Positions 26,201 through 37,240 of a DNA stretch of 64,000 nt are shown piece by piece. A program made the position numbers and the translations under genes. The stretch's first letter is position 1. Each line of letters begins with the position of its first letter. Source of the stretch: Euglena gracilis (Eukaryota); assembly GCA_039621445.1 (NCBI GenBank), contig CP154954.1:7752634-7816633 (forward strand), given 5' to 3'. Under the pieces are notes generated by a model, which was not told where the DNA came from, searched no databases, and saw only the letters and a program-made list of their open reading frames with translations.

Positions 26201-26770
26201 TCGAATTTTTCAAAAATGGGACGTTTTTTGCCGGTTTGGAGGTCATTCCAATGTGTTTTTATGCATTTTCAGCCAAATTAAGAGAATAAAAATTTGAGGG
26301 GGGGGGGGCTTAAATTTCAAAAAAGGGGGGGGGGGTAATGCGGTTGATTGGAGGTCGGGCCGACCTGGTCGGCCCGACCTCCAGTGGTCGATAACGGCCA
26401 GGTCGGGCCGACCATGGTCGGGCCGACCATAGGTCGGGCCGACCATGGTCGGTACGACCTCCGGGATCGTCATAGCCAATCATCCGCCCGGGGCCATTTT
26501 GGGTCCCCTGGATGCCGTCTTTCCACCCGAACCGGCGCTTTGGACGCCGGTTCGGCGCAGAAAATTCTGTGCCGAACCGGCGTCCTGAACGGCGGTTCGG
26601 GCGTGAAGCCAGAGCCCCAATACACGGTTTCAGATGAAAATCCTTCACGATGATCGGCCAAATGGTCAGAATTGGTCAAAGTAAATCCAAAACCGGCAAC
26701 ATTGACAAAAATTGACGAAAAATGACTTCACGTGGGCAAAAGTGCATCCTCCACCCACGATGAACATGAC

Positions 26771-27048
26771 CAGGGGTTTTTTTTCAGTCTTGGACCCCCT
26801 CCACCCAGCACCAACCGGGGGGGGAGGGTGGGTGGGACACTTGGCCCCCCCGGGGGGGGGGGGGGGGGCTGGTGGGTTTATCTTTTTCGGCACCGAAGGC
26901 GCTGAAAATTTTGAAAAGGTGCTATTTTTAGCATTTTTGGCCATTTTCGGGCAAAAGTGGGTGGGACCCCCCCTTCCCCTGGGGGGCCACACCCAGGGGT
27001 GTGTGGGTGGGTGCCGACCCCCTCCCCCCAGTCTTAAAAAAACCCCTG
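26771..27048. mobile_element. hAT-type MITE (CAGGGGTTTTTTT TIR)
   Basis: TIR CAGGGGTTTTTTT/AAAAAAACCCCTG. TSD aacatgac/aacatggc (7/8). Related copy at ~56099-56323. Confidence 0.85.
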
Positions 27049-27327
27049 AACATGGCCTTGAAGATTGACAGCGAAGTTGCTTCTGCTTTGCAAGAATGTG
27101 GCTCGGGGCATTTTCCTGTGAGTCACATGGCTGGCCGACAGCTGGCCAACGGCGTGCTCCCCCTTGGTTGTTTTGAGTGGGTGGGTGGTTGACCCCCTGG
27201 GGGTGGGAGGGTTTTCAACAAAAAAAACGGGTGCGGGTTTATGCTGGGAAAAGTGCCCACGCCCACTCTCAAGGGGGATTCATTTGGTGAACCTGTGTCT
27301 CATCTCCTTTTGTTTTTCCCCCCAGGG

Positions 27328-28911
27328 ATGCAAGTCTCCAGCCCTCCCGCAGAAGGACGGCCCGGGGACTGGAAATGTCCACAATGTGCAAACCACAACT
27401 ATGCATCGAGGATTGTGTGCAATCGGTGTCACGGCCCGCGGCAGGTGGAAGGGGACACAACTGCACAGCCTGTGCGGGGCAACGGCACCTCTCGGCCCAG
27501 TCCTGGGGACTGGTATTGCCCCAACCCAGCTTGCTGCAACCTGAACTATGCCTCACGGCCACCCCATTGCTTAGAATATTTTTTTTCCATCAGTGAATCT
27601 TTTTCCAGATTTTTTTTTTGCAGGCTGTGAAAAAATTTTGTGATTTACAGGTCAGTCAGAGGGGTGCAGTCCCCCCCGTGTCCCCACCGTGACCCACAAT
27701 GGGACCTTGGCTGGCCAAGGGAAAATGCCCAAAAATGACCTATTTCACAGTTTTTTGGTCCCCCCCAAAGAAGGCCATTTCTCCCCCTGACCCCCCCCTC
27801 CAGTTCCCCGCTCCACCCCCAGAGAGATGTGGAATGCCGCCCAAAGCCCGCGGTACGTGACAAAAATTCTTCCTGCAAGTTGTTGGGATGTTTTGTTTCT
27901 GAACTTTGTTAGATTGAGGCTCCTGGGCAAGCAGTGGCTTATGGTCCCGACTCGTGTGCAACCGCTGCAAGACACCCCCAGCGAGTGCAGCATTATACCT
28001 ACAGCAGGCTGCAGTGATGTGGTGTGGGATTCCCTTTAAATTCCCTTTTCTGCACTGCTTTCGTGTAGGGGATTGGGTGTTCAGCTCCCAATGCTCCAAG
28101 GCTCCCGTCCCGGTGACTGGCTGTGCATGACGTGCCAGAACCACAACTATGCCAGCAGGACAGTGTGCAATCGGTGCCAAGCAGCCAAACCGGAAGTGGC
28201 AGACAGGCATTTTTTTGTGATGGCACCTTGAGGGGCTGAACTCCCCTGGACTGTGTGCATCTGACCTGCAGTTGCCTGCACTGGTTGAATGACGCTTCCT
28301 GTGGCAACACAATTTTGTTTTTTGCTTCCACCCCAGTGTTGGCGAAAGAAATACAAAAAGAAATGTTCTCGAAATTTCAAGAATGTGGCTGGAGTTTCTC
28401 TGGTTGGTTCACACTGTTCTCTTTTGCTTTGCATTTTTTTTAGCATTCACAATAGAAATTTCCCCAACCTACCCTCTACCCTGACCCTACCCTACCCTGC
28501 TGGGTTTGATGAATTGTGGGTGAAGCAGGATCATCATTGGCTTGATGAAACAAAAGGCCTGGTTGCAGCTCCTCTGTCATCTCTTGGGATGGCAGTGCCC
28601 GGCTTAGGGACAGAAGCCAAGCCGGCAGCCCCGAGTTTTCGGGCAGGCGACTGGATGTGCCCACAGTGTGGGGATCGCACCGTTGCTTTGAGTGTGACCC
28701 CTCCTGTTTGGCCCGGGAGGGGGGGGGTGCAGAGACAACCTGTAGGGGTTTCAAGATGGCCCGGCTATGCTCAAATCCCTGATTACCTCCCCCCCACGGG
28801 TCAGAAAATCCCCCCAAGCACTGGTGTTGTGGCAACCACAACTACGCCAGCCGCAAGAAGTGTAACCGGTGTAACCAGCCAAAAACAACGCCGGAGAGCT
28901 CAGAGGCATAG
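27328..28911 (+). CDS. Spliced gene for a ~191-aa protein with four RanBP2-type zinc fingers (likely RNA-binding). Exons 27328-27556, 27949-~27977, ~28067-28200, 28567-28669, 28831-28911
   Basis: Joined exons give four W-x-C-x2/4-C-x3-N-Y-A-S-R-x2-C-x2-C motifs: GDWKCPQCANHNYASRIVCNRC; GDWYCPNPACCNLNYASR|LVCNRC; GDWLCMTCQNHNYASRTVCNRC; GDWMCPQC|GNHNYASRKKCNRC. Exon phases add up to an in-frame TAG at 28909-28911. A pyrimidine tract plus CAG acceptor at 27301-27325 precedes the ATG, so upstream exons are possible. Junctions 2 and 4 are ambiguous by a few nt. Confidence 0.9.
27557..27948 (+). other. Nonconventional intron (zinc-finger gene)
   Basis: ccattgctt pairs with aagcagtgg. Removal restores YASR|LVCNRC. 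Flanking 8-mers ctcacggc/gtcccgac match 5/8. Confidence 0.75.
28201..28566 (+). other. Nonconventional intron (zinc-finger gene)
   Basis: agaCAGgcatttt ... aaaaggcCTGgttgc. Flanking 8-mers gtggcaga/gttgcagc match 6/8. Confidence 0.88.
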
Positions 28912-29948
28912 GTGTGTTCTTTTGTCATTTAATTCTGTTTCTGGATATTCCATACAAACCAAGTACCAATCGAATTGTGTAAATGTCTCAAATGCCCAAA
29001 GCATTGTATTGATGCCTTTCCCCCCTTTCCATACGTGTGTCTAAAGTGGGTGCTTGGGCAGGGTATTGAGCGTTGATTTTGCACAGGGGGAGGGGAGGGA
29101 GGGTCCAACCCCCCTTCCAGGGGGGTCCAACCCCCCAAGGGCCCCCCAGGGGGTCCAGACCGCCCGACCCCTCCTCACGGCCGAGGGGGGGTCCGGGGAC
29201 CCCCTTGGAACAAGAGTTTTTTCTTCCCCGGCGCTTTGCGCCGGCAGACATGTGTTTTTATCGTCTGTTTTTGACAATTTGGAGGGAAAACCACTTGAAA
29301 ACACAATTTTGGGCATTTTTTGAATCCCCTCAAAAAATTTACAGCGCTTCGAACCCAGCAAGACCACCCCCCTCCCCCCCTCCCCCCTCTCATTAGACAC
29401 CTGCTCATGGGGCTTTTTTTTCCCATACGTAGAATAAAATTCTCTGGGTGTCGAGATGACAATTTGATACTGATATTTTTGGAGCCTGTTTCATGGACAA
29501 TTTAATGCTCCAAGTTCCAGAGCCCAACTGCTCAGGTTCCAAAGCGGTGAGGTGTTTTGTTTTTATTTAACCCAGTCTGAAATTCATCTTTTCCAAAAAT
29601 TTAGGTTGTTGTGTTAATGATGTTGTTGCTGAATGCCAGTTGACTTGTTTTTGTGAGCGTAGCTTATTTCATTAATTTCTTATTTGGTTTTCCATTTCTT
29701 ACCCCACGTGGAGTGACCAAAAAATGCGCAGTGTCTATACAAAAATCGACCGACGCTAACAGATTCAGCAGGGGCGCCGGGCGCGAGCGAGCGAAGCGAG
29801 CCGCCCGGCGCCCCTGCTGAATCTGTTAGTGTTGGTCGATTTCTCTAAAACTTATTTTGTCTGGGCCCGACGCCTGAATTGAAATTCATTCGACCGAACC
29901 GCCTGGACGGAAATATGGCCAAAAAAAGTGGTTTTTGGCCCATTAACA

Positions 29949-30077
29949 GGCGCCTGAATGGAAATCGTTAGACATAAACGGGCGCCTGAATGGAAATCGA
30001 CCGACATAAACGGGCGCCTGAATGGAAATCGACCGACATAAACGGGCGCCTGAATGGAAATCGACTGACATAAACGG
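29949..30077. repeat. 32-bp tandem repeat x4
   Basis: Unit GGCGCCTGAATGGAAATCGACCGACATAAACG. Confidence 0.9.
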
Positions 30078-31307
30078 ATTCCGATGTCATGGAAATCGAC
30101 CAACCTTTTGTGTCCTTTTTCTGAATGCTTTTTTGTTCCGTTTTGGGACATTGTCAATTTCGCAAAAAAACAACCAATTTTTGATCACCTTATTTTCAAT
30201 TCTCTTGTTGAAACCATCCAAATTTTGCCTTGAACTGGTCCACAGATGGTAAAAAGGCTTGTATTTGAAATGAAAAAAAAAGTTGCCCACAACCCTCTGT
30301 GGTGGTTCTTTTTTTGGTTGTTTTTAAAAAACAAAGAATCTTTTGCTTTTTTGCTATAATATATATAAATATTTTTGCTTTGGCTTCATTTTAAACGAGC
30401 TGCTAGCTGTGCCGACGTTTGTTGGACAGACATTCCAAAAAAGCACATCGCAACAAAGGGAAACAAAAAAATCGGCAAGTCCCAAAAAAAAAACTTGCAA
30501 AAAAGTTCCAAAGCTGCCAGACCATGGAGTTCCAAACCTCCGACAAAACAGTTCAAGATTTTTTCAAAAGGTTCCAATTTTTGCCAAAAGTGCCCAAGAT
30601 TATGGCAAAAGGTGTTTTCTTCCCTAAAATTTTGCATATTGACCCCTGGATGGGGCAAATTATAGGGATTTTGGTGAGTTTCAGGTGATTTGCATGATAT
30701 TTAAAAGAATTTGTTGGAGGGGGGCTTAAACCCTTTTTGGGGGGGGGGCTGACGGTTTTGGAGGTTGGGCCAACCATGGTCAGGCCGACCATTGGCCCTG
30801 GCTCATCGACCTCTGGAGCTTGGGTCAACCTGGTCCCCCGACCTCCACTGTATTTTAATTCCACCCCACCCTTTGTGAAAGTTAAGCCCCCCCTCGATTC
30901 TTTTAATTTAGCTCAAACTACATGGGAACACATGGTTGGTGGTCAAATTTTGGTGGTTGGAATGACCAGTCACTGGCGACCACCAAAAATTCCATTGTTG
31001 CGGCCAGTCGCTAGTGACCACCAAAAATTCCATGGCCGACCCTTGGGAATGCCTAATTTGTGTGAAAATTTTCCATTTTCTTGGAGGTCAGTTATAACCC
31101 CCTCCCTTTTAGACCAACCCCCTGTTTCTACCGACCCCCCAATTTACACCCCCCCCCTGGAAAAATCAGAAGAAGTCCATTTATACCGATTCACCTTCCA
31201 TTCCGACCCCTGGAGGGAAAAAGAAAAAATCCATTTATGCTGACCCCTTTGTTGCATCCAGTGCAAAGAAAGGGGTTGGCATAGATGGATGTTTATTGGG
31301 GGTGCAC

Positions 31308-31578
31308 CAGGCTTTTTTTAGTGAGGTGCCGACCCCCCGGGGGGGGGTGCTAGGGGCAGGCACCCTTTTGCACACCATCTGACCCCCCCCCCCGGGGTCG
31401 GGTTTTTGGCGATGCCTGCCCATAGCAGGCACCCCCCTCCGACCCCGGCGCCGGGGGGCCGGAAAAGGCCATTTTCAATGAAAATTTTCTGGGTTCCCCG
31501 GACCCCCCCCCCCGGGGGGTGTGCCTGCTAGGGGCAGGCACCCTATAGCACCCCCCCGGTCGATAAAAAAAAAGCTTG
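31308..31578. mobile_element. hAT-type MITE (CAGGCTTTTTTT TIR)
   Basis: TIR CAGGCTTTTTTT/AAAAAAAGCTTG. TSD gggtgcac/gggtggaa (6/8). Related sequence on the opposite strand at ~63810-63970. Confidence 0.7.
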
Positions 31579-31956
31579 GGGTGGAAGACAAATTGGGCAA
31601 GAGGAAGAATGAAGGTCGCCTCATCCCCAGCCCGCCACCCCAGTCGAGCACCTTGTTTCACGACCCCCCATTTACAGACCCCCTCGCGCCGAGATTTCAA
31701 GAAATGTGAAAATGTCATACTGACCCGTCGGTGTGAATGGGGGGTTTAATCAGTTACACTTGACCTCACAATTTTGGAACCTCCTGCCAAAATGGTTGGC
31801 ATTTCTTCCATAACTTTGGGCAAAACCTTGTGGGACATCCTCCCAAAAAATTTTGGGACTGGTGGGGGGGAAAAATTTTCCTTCACAGGGGGGGGGGGCT
31901 TAAAAATCTTCTGAGAGGGGGGGGGTCGGATTTTTGGTGGTCGCTAGCGACCAGTC

Positions 31957-32353
31957 CAGGCATTTGCTTAAGGACCCCGGGGGGGGGTACTGGCTAGCCA
32001 ATCGGCTAGACACTGGAAAAATTGGACTACCTAGGAGTCTACCTAGTCCGGGGGGTCCCCTGAACTGGAAAAAAAAATGGAAAAAAATTTCCTCCGGCGC
32101 TGTGCGCCAGAGGAAAAATGAGGTTTTTAATAGGTTTTTGGCTGATTTTGTTCCAAAAATTCCCAAAAATGGCCAAAAACGGGTATTTTTGGCCATTTTT
32201 GGGGGTCTCAAATTTTTTTTCCACTAGCTAGCCCTGTTAGCAGACCCCCCCCGGGGGGGTCTGCTAGAAATCCCAGTAGCCAAATTTGGACTAGCTGCAG
32301 TCCAGCCCCCCCCCCCCCCGGGGGGGTACTGCAATCCAGAAAGCAAATGCCTG
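31957..32353. mobile_element. hAT-type MITE (CAGGCATTTGCTT TIR) nested in another repeat
   Basis: TSD gaccagtc/gaccggtc. The empty site of the same host repeat is present at ~36400-36425. Confidence 0.9.
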
Positions 32354-35300
32354 GACCGGTCGCTCCGACCACCAACAGTCGCTAGCGACCGGTCGCCAGA
32401 ATTCGGTCGCTAGTGACCACCCAAAGTTCCATGGCCAATTTCCCACTTGGAGCCGAAAACAGAATCCCTTTTAAACTTTCTTGGACGTTTTAGACTTGGG
32501 GCTGGCAGACTTCAACCAAAGCAACGTTCGGTGGTTGGGCCCTGCGTTGGAAATTGGGTCGAAGTCTTTGCGGTACAGCGACCCATCGCAAGAAAATGGT
32601 CACCAGTGATGGTGGTTGTCTGGAAGGGTTAGTCGTCCCGACCACCAATCATTGACCCCCAAGTATGAAAAAGTTTTAAGCCCCCTCCCCCCAACATCAT
32701 TGAAAATGGCCCAAATGCCAGGGGGTGTGTTATTTGGGCGCAAAAACTCGAAATCGGCCCCAGAGGGGGGGGGTGTTATTGGGTGGTGTTATTTGGGGGG
32801 GGGTTACTGCGTCCTGATTCCTGCGCTTTAAACACAGGACTCAGGACGGAGTCCCGGGGGGGGGGGGTTCACTGGCAGGGCCAGCTAATGGAAAAATTTA
32901 GTACCCACTTGCCTAAAATTCCCATTTTTCAACAAAAAAACAGCCAAAAAAACACATTACCCCCAATTTGCACCCCCCAATTGGCTAATTGGCCTCCAGG
33001 ACAAGACGGGCCAATTTCGGCAAGGCTGCAAAAGGGCTCAGAAAACCTCCAAAAACGTCCAGTTCGAAAGTTTTAAAATTTGCCAAATAAGAAAAGTCAT
33101 GACAAATTCCAATATGCGCAAAAAAATGATTAATTTTGCACGGCTAAAAAATTGGAGGGTGGGTGTCCTCGAGCGCCCCCCCCCCCCCTAGTTGTCCCCC
33201 CCCCCGATGTCTCACCCTCCCTCCACCTTTCAGGCACAAATTGGCCACCCTGGGGGAGCGAACACTTTGGGTGCCTTTGGCGTCAAAGGCAAATGGCCAC
33301 TTTGAGGGGGCAAATTTGGCAAAAAAAATTTGATCACTTTGGGGGGGGGGAACACTTTCAGGGGAGGGGTGAGGGTTCTTTCATGGTCCATTTCCACCGG
33401 GTATGATTCGATCTGCACCAGCTGTGTTGCTCTGAAGAGCTGTGGGGTTGCAGTGGTTTGTTCAGAGATCGCACATCCCGAGACTTGTTGGATTTAGGGA
33501 GCTTTTGCAAAACGTTCCAAAAATTTTGACCGTCAAGTTTGAAAGACTCTGCGACGGAATCTCAAAAATTTACCCACCAGTCTCTAAGATTTTGGCAAAA
33601 GGTCCCAGGTGTTTTGGCAAAAGAGCTCAAAATTATGGCAAAAATGGTCAACAATTTTGGCAGGAGGTCCCAAAATTGAGCGTTAGGTGTAATCAACGGA
33701 TTTTACAAGCGGGATCGGCGTTCGCACGTTTGACTGTGTGAAAACGGTGGTTTACGTTACTTTGTTATTGGAGGGCGGGGGGGGGGGGCGGCAGCGGGGG
33801 GGGTGGCATTACCCTCACCCCCCCCTCAAAGTGTCCCCCCCTCAGAGTGGCCAATTTTTTTGTCAAATTTGTTTTACCCTCCTCAAAGTGGCCACTTTCG
33901 TTGGCCAAAAAGGACTTAGCACTCAAGTATGTTTCCAACATAGAGGGGATTTTGTTATTTGGGGGGGGGGGCGGGGGGCGGAGCCCCCCCCCCCCCCCGC
34001 CTATGCCAAAGTGAGCCACAAAATCAACTTCCTGAGTATGTTGCCAACTCAGAAGGGATTTTGTTATTTCAGGTTCGGATGGGGGTGGAGGGAGGAGTTT
34101 CCTGCCTCTCATGATGCAGAATGCTTGCATTTCTAAAGGATTTTCATGTAATCCCTGTTTCATCATTGGTTTTTTATCCCTCCGGACCCCCATCAAGGGC
34201 CCACCGACCCCCACCGACCAAAGATTTCCATCTGGGGGTGTTTATGTTGGTGTAAGGCACTGATTTGGACCCGTCCGGACCATTTCCGGGTGATTTGGGT
34301 CCGCCACGGACCATTTTTATGACCACCGACTAGCCACCACTCGTTTGCATAGGATTTTCTTCATGGGGGGGATTTAAATGTCGGCGGTCCTGACCCGTTA
34401 GTACATTAGAATGGGTAGTCGGCCGACTACCCAATACCCCCCCCCCCACCCCGTCTTGCCGACTAGCTACCGACCATTAGTCGGCCGACTCCCCCCCCCC
34501 CCCCAAGTCTACCGCCATGAGCCCCGAAGGCCGCCTGGCCGAAGGCTGAACGCCGCGCAGTGGCCGAGGGCCGCGGCAATTCAGAACCCGAAAGTCGGCC
34601 GACTACCCAATACCCCCCCATCTGTGGCGGGCCCAAATCACCCGGAAATGCATTTATGGGCAGTTCCCTCCCCAGGACCCTGTCCTGGGGCGGTCCTGGG
34701 GGGGGGGTCCTGGGGGGATCTTGGGGGGGTCCTGGGGGGGTCTGTAGGGTATGTTTTTAACCCTAGTTGGGCGCCTCTTTGGGTTCGCTGGGTCCCCTGC
34801 AGACACCAATTTAACAACGTTGAGGGGATGGGGTGGGACAGTTAGGAATGGAAATTTGACCCTAACCCTACGCCTTTGAATAACATCATCAACTTTTCAG
34901 GTTCTGAATTGCAGCGGCCCTCGGCCGCTGTGCGGCCTTCGGCCTTCGGCCAGGCGGCCTTCGGGGCGCATGTTGGTAGACTGGGGGGGGGTAGTCGGCC
35001 GACTAAGTAGCTAGTCGGCGAGACAGCATTTTTATGCCCACCGACTAGCCACCGACCAGGGGGGGGGGGGGCTTAAAAGTTCAAAAGGGGGGGGTACTGC
35101 GGGAAAACGGTGGTCGGCCTGACCTGGTCGGCCCGACCACCACAGGTCGGTCGACCACCACCACAGGTTGGGCCGACCATGGTCGGCCCGACCACCACGA
35201 CGGCGACCACCGGAAATCCGCACGGAGCCCTCAAAGTGGCCACCCTCCAGGCACCATGGGACCCCAAAACGGCCACTCTGGGGGAGGGGACACTTTGGGG

Positions 35301-36802
35301 GGGGGGGTAATTTTTTGGGCTTTGGCTGCAAAATTCTGCCATTATATTGAAAATCCGATGGGGAGAGGTGTTCTTTTGCCAAAAGTGGCCCAAAATGGGC
35401 ATTCCCCCCCCCAGTTTTTGCATATTCACCCCCGATTTGGGGGTTCTGGAGCCATTTAAGTGGGTTTTGATTGTGTTGGGGTGGTTTGGACAAAAATTTT
35501 TTTCACGGGGGGCTGAGATCTCCAGAAAGGGGGGGGGGGTAGTGCAAAAAAAATGGTGGTCGGGCCGACCAGGTCGGGCCGACCACCACAAGGACGACCA
35601 CCGGAAATCCGCTCGGGGCCCACTTTGAGGGGGGGGTGAGGGTACATGCGCGCCTGGCCCTGGGTCGGTTACCACCCCAGAGGGATTTTGTTATTGGAGG
35701 GCGGGGGGGGGGGCAGGGGGGTGTGGGGGGGGGGGGCAGCCCCCCCCCCCCCCTAGACGACCAAGGGCGCCGAAGGCGCCTTAGGACTGTTTGTTTACGG
35801 TGCGCGTGGCATTACATGCGCACCTGGCCCTGGGTCGGTTACCCCCCAGAGGATGTTGTTGTTGGAGGGCGGGGGAGGTGCAGGAGGGGGGGGGCCGGCA
35901 GCCCCCCCGCTAAGACGCCTTAGGACTTTTTCCGACTTAGGACTTGACTGTTTGTTTACGGTGCGCGTGGTATTACATACGTGCCTGGCCCTTGGGTCGG
36001 TTACCCCCCCCCCCCCCCCGGAGGGGATTTTGTTAGTGGAGGGCGGGGGGGGGGGGGGGGGTGCCCCCCCCCGCTAGACGACCAAGGGCGCCTAAGGCAA
36101 CTTAGGACTGTTTTGTTTACGGTGTGCGTGGTATTACATGCGCGCCTGATCCTGGGTCGGTTACCCCCGGAGGGGATTTTGTTATTGGAGGGCGGGGGGG
36201 GGGGGGCGGCAGCCCCCCCGCCAGACGACCAAGGGCGCCAAAGGCGCCTTAGGACTGTTTTGTTTATGGTGCGTGTGGTATTATGCGCGCCTGGCCCTGG
36301 TAGCATCGGTTTGCAGTACAACGGGAGGTTTTGCATTACATCCCAATGGGGGGGGGCTTAAAATTTTTCTGAAGGGGGGTGGTCGAAATTTTGGTGGTTG
36401 CTAGCGACCAGTCGCTCCGACCACCAATGGTCGGTCGACCATGACCAACGGTCGCTAGCGACCACCAAAAGTTCCACGGCCAATTTCCCGCAATGAGCCT
36501 CTTTTTTCAACTTGTCATCCCTTTCAGTCTTTCAAGCTGCGAGCGGCGAAGTGATGGAGTGAACAAAGTGATGTTGATTTCGATAGCAGCGGACTTTGCC
36601 TCATTAACCCCGCAGTGGCTAAAGTGTGCCTCTCGGATGACCATTCACCAAAGTGAACCTGCTTTCATCTCCCACTGCTCTCACTGTCCGAACACTCCTT
36701 TTCATCCCATTTTGACCTTGTTTGTTCTTGGGTTGTAGACACCGAGGAAAACAGGGAAGGAATATTGCCTTCGGATGAACTTGCTCAATCCCAAGTTAAC
36801 CC

Positions 36803-37240
36803 CAGGGTTCGATATAAGGAGGGCGTACATGGTTTAGGTGGGGGGGTGTCCTCCCCTTCCCCCCCCCCTCCTTGCCCGCAGGGGGGGGGCCGGACCCCCC
36901 CCCCCCCCACCTGCAAGGGGGGTCCGGACCGACCCTCGGGGGCAAAAATTGACCCCCCCCAAAAAGGGTCAATTTTTTCCTCCGGCGCTTCGCGCCGAAA
37001 ATTTTTTGCATTTTTGGCACATTTTTGCCCAAAAAGTGCCCAAAATGGCACTTTTGGTCGTTTTGGGGGGTCAAAAATTTTCGGCCCGGCGCTTCGCGCC
37101 GGGCCGAAATTCGGCCACCCTGACCGCGCACCTGTTTAGGTGGGGGGGGGGGGGTGTCCCCCCCCCCCCCCCCCCCCTCCTGGCCCGCAGGGGGGGGTCC
37201 GGCCCACCCCCCCCCCCACCTGTCCTTATATCGAACCCTG
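36803..37240. mobile_element. hAT-type MITE (CAGGGTTCGATATAAG TIR)
   Basis: Perfect TIR and perfect 8-bp TSD GTTAACCC. Same family as 47459-47886. Confidence 0.93.
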
